Shown: positions 51,770 through 62,200 of the stretch, piece after piece
Layout of the letters: each line of letters opens with the position of its first letter
How positions within the stretch are numbered: position 1 is the stretch's first letter
Source: Azolla caroliniana
Taxonomy: Eukaryota > Plantae > Polypodiophyta
Direction of reading: 5' to 3'
Length of the DNA stretch: 64,000 nt
Assembly (NCBI GenBank): GCA_043228905.1
Contig: JBHGNT010000004.1
Coordinates: 13,082,001-13,146,000, forward strand
Notes under the pieces: model-generated
Told to the model about the DNA's origin: nothing
What the model saw: only the letters and a program-made list of their open reading frames with translations
Database searches by the model: none
Translations under genes and position numbers: made by a program

Positions 51770-52030
51770 ACAAAATTTCAAAATTGGAGGGCATCAAAAC
51801 CGAATTTCAGAAGTTTGAGGGCAGATGACGGAATTTCAAAAGCTCGAGGTCATGAGACCAAATTTCAAAAACGGGGGTAGAAGATAAATTTCCAAAAGCT
51901 TAATTAAGGGCAGCGAAGATGAAATTTCAAAAGCTCAAGGGCATGACATGAGATTTCAAAATTTGGAGGGCAGAATGCAAAATTTTGAAAACACAAGGGC
52001 CGAAAATAAAATTTCAAAAATGAGGGTAAA
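51770..52030 (+). repeat. Degenerate ~30-bp tandem repeat
   Basis: AATTTCAAAA-n-GAGGGCA recurs about 9 times. Confidence 0.7.
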
Positions 52031-52666
52031 ATTTGTTTTAAGACCAAAGGGTAAAAAATATAAAACTCATTTCACATGATGAAAGAAACAATACTCAAAT
52101 GCACAACACGATTTCACGACCCATGCCACATTGAACTAGCCGATTGGTGTATGATCCAATCGCGACTTGTGCTGACCGAACGAGAAGGTTCGAGTCAAGC
52201 AAAGCTCCGATCGAAGTTATCGATCGTAGAGTAGTGATCCGGTCGAGGGATTTCCGATCGTTGAGATGACCGATGGAGTTCCGGTTGAGAAGACTTGCCA
52301 TGGCGAGTGGGTTCACCGTGCAATGCACTGTCCCATAGGCGTGCCATGTGTTACCTGTAAGAATATAAGGGGAGGCATAAGGGTATGGGTAATGATGTGG
52401 TTGATATGTATGTGTAAAGTAAATGAGAGTGTAAGGATGAGAGCACATGCACAATTATGTGCATGTGACAAGAGTGTAACGGTCATTATTTACCATTACA
52501 TTATGTATTATATAAACCCCTTATGGGGCATCTAATGGATATACAATTTTCCCCTCTCACATTTGTGTCATTTCCTATTTGTCTTTCTCTCTAGCTCTCT
52601 CCCTATCGTAACCCCCTTGGGAGGGGGGTGAAGCCATTCTAGGCTTCACTCCCCACCCCAACAACA

Positions 52667-54455
52667 ATCATCTGCCACTGTTCAATCCGACAGAGTTCAC
52701 TCCTCCATTGCTGCCATTCTACACTCAGTTGTTGCGACTATTCAGTCCAAGCATCATCTGCCAAGTTCACTCCGCCATTGCCACCACTCTACACTCAGTT
52801 GTTGCTACTGTGAAGGTCGTATATTCCTGCCACTTTTTGATCCGACGGAGTTAACTCCTTCTCCACTGCAACCATTCTACTCTTAGTTGTCTGCCACTGT
52901 TCGATCTGACGGAGTTCACTCCTCCATTGACATCATTCTACATTCAGTTGCAACTACTATTCGGTCTTGTATTGTTGCCACTTTTCGATTTGACAGAGTT
53001 CATTCATCCATTGCCATCATTCTACACTTAGTTGCCGCTACTGTTCGGTCATGTATTGTTGCCACTTCTCGATCCGAGGGAGTTCCCTCCTTCTTCACTA
53101 CAACCATTGCACTCTCAGTTGTTGTCAATGTGCGTTCCAAGCATCATCTGCCACTGTTCGATCTGACGGAGTTGACTCCTCCATTGCCATCATTCTACAC
53201 TCAGTTGCCACTATTGTTCGGTCCTGGATTGCTGCCACTTTTCAATTTGACGGAGTTCACTCATCCATTGCCATCATTCTACACTTAGTTGCCGCTATTG
53301 TTCGGTCGTGTTTTGCTTCCACTTTTCGATCCGAGGGAGTTCACTCTTTCTCCACTGCAACCATTGCACTCTCAGTTGCCGTCACTGTGCGTTCCAAGCA
53401 TCATCTGCCACTATTCGACCTGACGGAGTTGACTCCTCCATTGCCATCATTCTACACTCAGTTGCCGCTATTGTTCGGTCCTGGATTGCTACCACTTTTC
53501 AATTTGACGGAGTTCACTCATCCATTGCCATCATTCTACACTTAGTTGCCGCTATTGTTCGGTCGTGTTTTGCTTCCACTTTTCGATCCGAGGGAGTTCA
53601 TTTTTTTCCACTGCAACCATTGCACTCTCAGTTGCCGTCACTGTGCGTTCCAAGCATCATCTGCCACTGTTCGACCTGACGGAGTTGACTCCTCCATTGC
53701 CATCATTCTACACTCAGTTGCCGCTATTGTTTGGTCCTGGATTGCTACCACTTTTCAATTTGACGGAGTTCACTCATCCATTGCCATCATTCTACACTTA
53801 GTTGCCGCTACTATTTGGTCGTGTATTGCTGCCACTTATCGATCCGACGAAGTTAACTCCTTCTCTACTGTAGCCATTCTACTCTTAGGTGGCTGCCACT
53901 GTTCGATCTGACGGAGTTCACTCCTCCATTGCCATCATTCTACATTCAATTGCAACTACTATTCGATCCTGTATTGTTGTCACTTTTCAATTTGACGGAG
54001 TTCACTCATCCATTGCAATCATTCTACACTTAGTTGCCGCTACTGTTCAGTCGTGTATTGCTGCCACTTTTCGATACGAGGGAGTTCACTCCTTCACTAC
54101 AGCCATTGCACTCTCAGTTGCCATCAATGTGCGTTCCAAGCATCATCTACCACTGTTCGACCTGACGGAGCTGACTCCTCCATTGCCATCATTCTACACT
54201 CAGTTGCCGCTATTGTTCGGTCCTGGATTGCTGCCACTTTTCGATTTGACGGAGTTCACTCATCCATTGCCATCATTCTACACTTAGTTACCGCTACTGT
54301 TCGGTCGTGTATTGCTGGAACTTTTCGATCCGAAGGAGTTCACTCCTTCTCCACTGCTACCATTCTACTCTCAGTTGTTGTCACTCCTCCACTGCCACCA
54401 TTCTACACTCTGTTGCCGCCATTATTCGGCCCTGTATTACCTCCACTATTCGGTC
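52667..54455 (+). repeat. Minisatellite array, ~83-91-bp monomers with 257-bp higher-order unit (first unit stranded at ~43405-43469)
   Basis: GACGGAGTTCACTCCTCCATTGCCATCATTCTACACTCAGTTG core; equivalent positions 53051/53308/53565. Confidence 0.92.
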
Positions 54456-54582
54456 TTGGATTTGATTATTTATTCTGTCTATTGATTATCTTGTGTATTT
54501 TTGTGTATAATCTTGTGTATTGCGGAATATTTTTGTGTATTGTTGTTGCCCATAGCCATCTTTAATACATGTCTTTTTTTCA

Positions 54583-57500
54583 GGAAAATTAGGGTTTAAA
54601 CCCGTCAAGCGAAATGGAAGGGGAAGGAGGGTGTTTAGAATTACCCCTCAATGATCATCAGGATAGGGATGATGCTATCAGGACACAACATGCGATATGA
54701 AAGTATTGGGAAGAAAAATAAAAGAAAACATCGTCAATTGTTGAAGGATAAGAAAGCCACACTCACTAAAGGTAAAGATAGTATTGGTTGCGATATAGGT
54801 CTAAATATCACTGAGAATGGATGTAATGAGACTACTATCATAGAGAGAAAGGTTGTAGACTATTTCAATATTCAAACCAAGCACATCAGCAATGAAGACA
54901 AGAAGGTAGTACTTTATGGAATATTAAATGATCCATCGATAAAGGAGTTAGTTGATTGTGATAGTCTTAATGCAAACATAACATCTGTACTAGTAAATAA
55001 TCTCCGTAATAGTTTCGTATCCATGAGCAGGTCAGAAGATGATCTTGTCTTAAAAAGATCTAGTCTAATGATGTTACTTAATAGTGATGTTGACGATATT
55101 AACATCAGTGTGCAATCTAAGGTAATTGGTGTTAGTAGAAAAAGTGTGTACAATACATTGAACTGGATAGTTTCCTCGGGTGAAGGAACTAGTGTACTAA
55201 AGCTAACAACTAAATATAAGTCATTGACACCCATAACATCAGAAATCAAGGATATAATCAAAATATTTTGGACTAATGAGAGTAGGGTTTAACCCAATAA
55301 AAAGGATTTATCTAGGAAACGTGTTGGAAGGAGTCAATACGAGGAGCATCCCATTCATCTTCTTGATGTACCTCAGGTATTTACAATTATCTCAACTTTT
55401 GTTTTGATTTTTGAGCTTAGTTAGTTAGCTAATTAGCTACCTTAAAATATGACCATAGTTAACTAGATACTGGTAATAGCTAATAACTCCCTAAGAATAT
55501 CACTACCAGAATAGTTAATTAGCTACCATTCATAGCTATTTAGCTACCACAATAACTAATTAGTTGCCTATAACAATAGCTAATTAGCTACTTTGGTAGC
55601 TAATTAGCTGCTTATGACTATGGCTAATTAGCTACTAGAATTGATAATCCCCTATTCGAATAGCTACTGTACTAAAATATGGTAGTAGCTAATTAACTAC
55701 CACTTAGCTAATTAGCTACTCAACTAAAGTATGGTACTACTAATTAGCCACAATAAATTAGCTACTGTACTAAAATATGGTAGTAGCTAATTAACTGTTG
55801 TATTATACTATGGTAGTAGCTAATTAGCTACCACTTAACTAATTAGTTGTTGTATTAAACTATGGTAGTAGCTAATTAGTTACCACTTAGCTAATTAGCT
55901 ACTATACTAAAGTATGGTAGTAGCTAATTAGCTACCACTTACCTAATTAACTATTGTACAAAATTATGGTAGTAGCTAATTACCTACCACTTAGCTAATT
56001 AACTACTGTACTAAACTATGGAAGTAGCTAATTACCTACCATTTAGCTATAGAGCTAATCAGTATGTCTATTTTATTATGCAGGTCGATTTATTTATTAG
56101 GTTCAGGCGAATGCATCCAAATATCAAAGTTCAACTACGAACATTCGAGTCTCTTAAGCCACACTTTTTGAGACGGTTGAAGGATCAATACATATATTGT
56201 TGCTATTGTACTAAACTATGGTAGTAGCTAATAAGCTACCATTTAGTTAATTAGCTACCATTTAGCTAATTAACTACCATTTAGGTAATTAGCTACCATT
56301 TAGCTAATTAGCTATTGTATTAAATTATGGTAGTAGCTAATTAGCTACTCAACTAAAGTATGGTAGTAGCTAATTAGCTACAACTTAGCTAATTAGTTGA
56401 GTAGCTAATTAGCTAAGTCGTAGCTAAGTAGCTATTGTACTAAACTATAGTAGTAGCTAATTAGCTATTATATCAAACTATGCTAGTAGCTAATTAGCTA
56501 CCACTTAGCTAATTAGCTACTTAGCTAAAGTATGGTAGAAGCTAATTAGCTACCACTTAGCTAATTAGCTATTGTACTAAACTATGGTAGTAGCTAATTA
56601 GCTACCACTTAGTTATAGATCTAATCAGTATGTCTATTTTATTACACAGGTTATTTATTATTTTCAGGCAAATGCATCCAAATATCAAAGTTCAACTATG
56701 AACATTTGAGTCTCTTAAGCCAAACTTTGTGAGATGGTTGAAGGATCAATACACATGTTCTTGCATTTACCATGTACATATGGGTTTTCTCAAGGACTCT
56801 ATTAATCTACTACGTCACCATAGCACCTCCCTAACTAATGCAGTTTGTACTTGTGAGTGCCCGATTTGTCAATCGAGCCTGCATGAGCACTGTAAATCAT
56901 TTGAGCATGTTATCTTATCCATGAGTTGCATTTTAGATTCAGTATTGTGTCCGAGAGAAACTGAGGCCATCTTCCACAATCATAAATGTGTGATGGGTTT
57001 ATGTCAAGATTGTGGCCCTAGTAGATTTAGGTGGTGTCTAAATGAATTGAGTTGTGAAATATTAATCTCTGTCAAGTTATTTGAGTCAGTTGTGCACATA
57101 ATATATTTTTGAGTTTCAGGTGATGTTAAAAAAGTAATTTATTTTTTTATTTTTGATGATAAGAAGCATGATACCTTGTTCGTCCAACATTGTTTTAACT
57201 TACATTGGCAATGGTTATTAGCTAAACGTTTGGTGCTTACTCAACATTGGGTTTGGTTTGATGGAGCTGCGTCACAATTCGAGGCTAGACGTCCATTTTA
57301 TTTTGTGGGGGGGTATCCTGCTATAACATCTTTGGAGATGAGATGGAATTTTTTTGGGTTTGGCCATGGTAAAGGTGAACATGATGGTGCATGTGTTGTT
57401 ATAAAGCGGGCACTTACCCATGAACGACTAAAGGTAGATGGTGTGCAGATGAATTGTGCAACACATATAGTTGAATTTTTAAGAGCTAATATGTCAACGA

Positions 57501-58215
57501 GTGCAACTGGTGTTTATTCCTCGTAGGTCTGAGATATCAAACGTGAATTTTGGGAAGTGAAGATAGATGTATTGTGGGAAGGGAAGACCTGGGAGTGCCA
57601 AGGAATTCCTGAATTGTGATCTCTCCATGTTCGCGGTTATTCTAGGTTGGATGGTACTTGTATAGTGGTTAAAAAATTAACTTATTTTTGCTTCCATTGT
57701 GTGCAAGGAAATTGGAGGTATTGTTTAAAGAAAGTATAAATTCAGAATTGGGAGTACCATACATTGAACGATAAGGAAGCTGTTGACGGAGAAACAGAAA
57801 AGAATCCTGACTTCACATATCAAGGACGTGGAGATACTCTGAGTGATGTCTTAAATGTTGGGGATATTTTCGTTGTAAATGCAGAAGAAGGCAATTCAGA
57901 GGGTGGTAATTTCTATATATTGCAGTGCCGGTTAGTAAACAGTGTGCAACACAGAATATATTAGATGCTTGGGGAAATGTTGTATCTACCGAGACATTCT
58001 ACATTGAAGGTATTTTTCATGCAAGACTAGATGATTACAATTATGTGTATAGGCTATTAGAAGGCAAACCAGTGGTGTACATGTACTTCATTTGGTCAGG
58101 TGCATCAATGTCCCAATGTCGCAATACAATAGCTGCTCAGGTTTATACACAGTTAGTGCTAATGTGTATAAATGTATTTACAATAGTATGCCATGGAATT
58201 TGTGGCTACAAGTAG
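54583..58215 (+). pseudogene. Spliced Sola-like DDD transposase pseudogene
   Basis: FESLKP...TCSCIYH Cys-rich block; WFDGAASQF...WNFFGFGHGKGEHDG...IKR; donor CAG|GTATT at 55376 and acceptors at 56083 and 56649; stops and deletions; family assignment from recalled motifs. Confidence 0.6.
55417..56612. repeat. Intronic arrays of palindrome GTAGCTAATTAGCTAC
   Basis: Dozens of exact or degenerate copies in 55417-56050 and 56200-56612. Confidence 0.92.
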
Positions 58216-58739
58216 CAAATACTAGTTTTTTTGTAAAACAAACAAAGCACATGTATTGCAAATAAACAGTTTAATGGACCTGTTTGGAAGTTTTTTTTTT
58301 GGATATACAATCTACTTTTTGTGCTTCTTTCTCAATAAAATCGTGTCTTTTTTATATACAGTCTCGTTTCTAATATACAGTTTAATAATATCGTTTAGGA
58401 TTCTTCTTTCTAAGATACAAATTTACTCAAGTGAAGCATGTACAAATTAAAATAGTTTGCATAATTTTAAGAAAAAGCACTATCATGAAATCAACAATCC
58501 TGAACATACTCTTAAAATTACACAGTAGATAAGTTACTCAAACCAAGCAATTTAATTCTTCATTAATTAATCTATCATCAAATTATATATTTATAACATC
58601 CCATTGCCAATGTCTTCAAATCGCCTATAAACAACTAAGCTCTTGCTGGTCAGTGGAACTTCTCTACATATATGATCTGCATACCGAGCTCAGTATGGAG
58701 TCCACAACCATGTAGCTAGTTGGCAGCTCAATGTGTTCA

Positions 58740-59053
58740 CCAAGTAGTGTTCAGGCGAATGTTGAAGTAATTCCAGAAATGTTATGTATCTAGAATCAAC
58801 GTATTGATGACATTATAATTTGGCCAAGTGGCCCAAAAATCAAAAAGTCTTTTGAATCTTGCAACATCCTTCTGCTCACAATTCTCTCGTGTCCATTGAC
58901 CCTTGAAATGTTGTCGCCACTTTGGGAAGAATCTTTCTACACACTTCACACATCTGTACGTGGTATTTCACTCCAAATAAACAAATCAAAGTATTGCACA
59001 GCCTACTCTAGAAATTGATTTGCGTCCCTCCTTGGTGTCATATATTGCACACT
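58740..59053 (-). pseudogene. FCP1/NIF (HAD phosphatase-like) domain fragment
   Basis: Manual translation: TPRRDANQFLE*AVQYFDLFIWS...(fs)...WTRENCE...FKRLFDFWATWPNYNVINTLILD. Confidence 0.55.
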
Positions 59054-59235
59054 TGTTGTCCGTCGGAATGGTAACCACCAGACCTAATGCTTAAACGAAT
59101 AGAATATATTATTAAAGGCGTTAAAGAAACGCATCTAACGGTTCACGCTAGGAGCATAACGGACTAAAAGCCCTGTGTATATAAAGGGAGGAAATCCTCT
59201 ATAAAAAGCTAGCGTGTATTTGGAGAACTACCTTC
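59054..59235 (+). mobile_element. LTR 5' part related to the 10238/18740 LTRs, interrupted by a chromovirus
   Basis: TGTTGTCCGTCGGAATGGTAACC...AACGGTTCACGC...GTATATAAAGGG. Confidence 0.8.
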
Positions 59236-62200
59236 TGTCAAGAATAGTACTAAAGCAGAGATGGAATTAGTACTAAGAAGAACAATACTATTAGTACTAA
59301 GAGGAGGGGACTGCGTAAGATTCCCGAGAGAGAGGAAGTGAGAAGAGGAGAGAGAGAGAGAGAGAGAGGATGATGACAGCAGCTCTTATATTATATGAAA
59401 GATAAGTACAAATCGGCTAAGAGGCTTAAGACTGGTGTTGAACCAATTTGGTTCAACATAATGCCTAGTGCCTTCTTTTATAGTGTTGTCAGGAGTAATC
59501 CTGAAACTTCTAGAATGTTCCAGAGAAATTTGGAATATACATTACTTTCTTATAATAAAACATAAATGAAAATAATATCCTATGAATTACAATAGATGGT
59601 GTGATGGTTAAGAGCTCGACCCATATACCATAAGGTCATGGGTTCGAGTCTTGCCATCTCATGACACTATCTCCCCCTTAAAGACGAAGAGTGGAACGAG
59701 TCGGCGCTGATTGCGGACCGGGTTTGTCCGGATACTTTCGGTGGAAATCAGCAAGCAGATCCTGAGCATTGGCAACATGCTCGACAGTTCCCAAGTGCGT
59801 TCGCTCGGACTATAACCAACCCAATCGACCAAATAATAAAGTTTGTTGCGAATAAGTTTGGAATCGAGGATGGCAGCAACTTCATACTCCGGGCCGGCGT
59901 CCAACTCCAGCGAGGGCGGCGGTGGTGTAACACGATCGGGAATGGTGTTTGCTTTATAAGGTTCAAGAAGAGAACAATGGAAAACCGGATGTATCTGAAG
60001 CTGCGGAGGGAGATCAAGGCGGAATGTGACATCATTAACTTTACCCGTAATAAGGAAAGGACCAAGTCGTCGATAATCCAACTTATCGCACAGTCGAGTA
60101 GTCTTGATGTGACGACGTAAGAGCCATACTCGATCTCCGATGGCAAAAGAGGAGGGAAGCCGATGTCGATCCGCGTAATTCTTCTGTGTCTGTTGAGCAT
60201 GACGAAGATGAGTCGAGAGATCTGTCTGGATCTTGCGTAGTCTCTCCAAATGATCCCCGGCACGAGGATTGGTAGGTAGCTCCGCGGTGTCGATCACCGA
60301 CCAACGAGGATGAGAACCGGTATAAGTGTAGAATGGGGAGACTCGAGTCGAGGAGTGAACAACATTATTATACGCAAACTCCGCAAAGTGGAGAATCTTG
60401 GCCCAATCGTCTTGTTGATAACTCAGGAAACACCGGAGATATTGCTCCAAAGTTTGGTTTGTTCGTTTTGCCTGCCCATCGGTCTGAGGATGGTAGCTGG
60501 AGGAGAGGTTGCAAGAGACCTTGAGCATCTTGAAGAGATGTTGCCAAAATTTGGAGACAAATTGCGGTCCTCGGTCACTAATGATACTGTCTGGGAGGTC
60601 ATGATGCCGAAATACCTCACGCATGACTAGGGCGGCGGTTTCCTCGCTAGTGATGGCCTTAGTACATGGAACAAAATGTGCCATCTTCGTATATCGATCG
60701 ACGATGGTTAAGATAGCATCGAACCCCTGCGAGACCAGCAGATCTGTGATAAAATCAAGACAAATAGATTGCCACGGCTTACTTGGAATCGGTAAGGGTT
60801 CCAATAAGCCATATGGATGGTGTCGTGGCATCTTTGCTCGGCAGCAAGCATCACAGGTCCGAACGTAGTCGTCGACAAAACGGCGCATGTGGGGCCACCA
60901 AAAAGATCGTTGCACTAGCTCCAACGTCTTAGTACTACCGAAATGTCCCGCCGTATGGGTGTCGTGACAATGCTAGAAGATTTGAAGGCGACAGGAGCAA
61001 TCGGGGACATATACGCGCTTTTTAAAGAATAACAAACCATCCTGATATTCGAATTGTCGGTAGTCAATACCTGGTTGTTGAGACTGAGAACAGGATGCCC
61101 GAGAAGTATCAATGTGCACCAAGATGTTTTGAGCAAAACTATCCGTCTTCAAGTTTGCATGTATGTCGTCGGTAATCCGTGAATCCATCGGGGTGTGAAA
61201 AATCCGCGTCGTGTGCAATCGTGTTGGTCCCAAGATTACTTGCTTTTGATTATCAAATGTTGGATCACCAGGACGAGGTGCAAGATATGAACGCTGTGAT
61301 AGTGCATCTGCTTTTCCTTGCTGCTTCCCCAGTCGATATGTGATTTTGAAGTCGAAACGCGTGAGGAATTGCGCCCACCGAGCTTGCCGTCGATTTAGTA
61401 CGCGAGCGTTCTGGAAATAAGCAAGATTTTTATGATCACTAAAGACAACGACCTGATGTGGAGAGCCCTCTAAGAAATGCCGCCATTGCACAAATGAATC
61501 CACGATGGCTAATAACTCTTTGTCATGTATTTCGTAGTTGATTTCCGCAACATCGAATTAGCGCGAATGGAAAGCCACTGGATGCAACTCTTCTTTATCT
61601 CCTTGTTGAGAAAGGATGCTACCGAGGGCGAAATCTGAAGCATCGGCCTCCATGATGAATGGTTTGCTAGTATCCACATGGGCTAGAATCGGTGCTGATG
61701 TAAAGGCTTTCTTAAGATGCCGAAAAGCCATATCTGCTTCAATGGACCAAAGAAATGCTTGGCCCTTCTTCGTAAGTTGTGTGAGGGGTAAGATAATATT
61801 CGAGTAATCCTATATAAACTTACGGTAGAAGTTAGCAAAACCTAGAAAACATTGTACATCTTGTACCGACCGTGGAATTTGCCACTCTAGTACAGTTTGG
61901 ACTTTAGCTGGATCCATGGCGATGCCCTTTGAGGAGATGACGTAGCCTAGAAATTCCACTCGCTTGCAGTCAAAGCTACATTTTTCTAGCTTGGCATAAA
62001 GACCATTCTTGCGGAGTCGCTTTAGTACTAATAGTACATGAGAATCGTGCTCTTGCTGGGTCTTCGAATAAATTAATAGATCATCAAGATAGATGATCAA
62101 ACAGATATCCAAGAGGTCTCTGAATATATCATTTGCCATGTGTTGGAAGACTGCGGGTGCATTAGTTAGGCCGAATGGCATAACAGTATACTTGAAATGC

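Larger units (their letters stand above)
43470..52666 (+). mobile_element. Non-autonomous LTR element (LARD-like) carrying host gene fragments
   Basis: LTRs 43470-43813 and 52349-52666; perfect TSD ATCAT; PBS TGGCACGCTTG 43818-43828; no gag/pol of its own. Confidence 0.92.
43094..59053 (+). mobile_element. Probable large Sola-like DNA transposon (boundaries uncertain; hosts 43470-52666)
   Basis: Abrupt GAGTGG start truncating a chromovirus RT; TAGCTA repeats shared with 55417-56612; transposase-like gene 54583-58215; no right TIR seen. Confidence 0.45.

Noticed and set aside
52887-54565. Repetitive protein ORFs
   Set aside because: Open frames shift between units; explained by the minisatellite
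52667-56612. CRISPR-like arrays
   Set aside because: Units are homologous along their whole length with no unique spacers, no cas genes, and the context is eukaryotic
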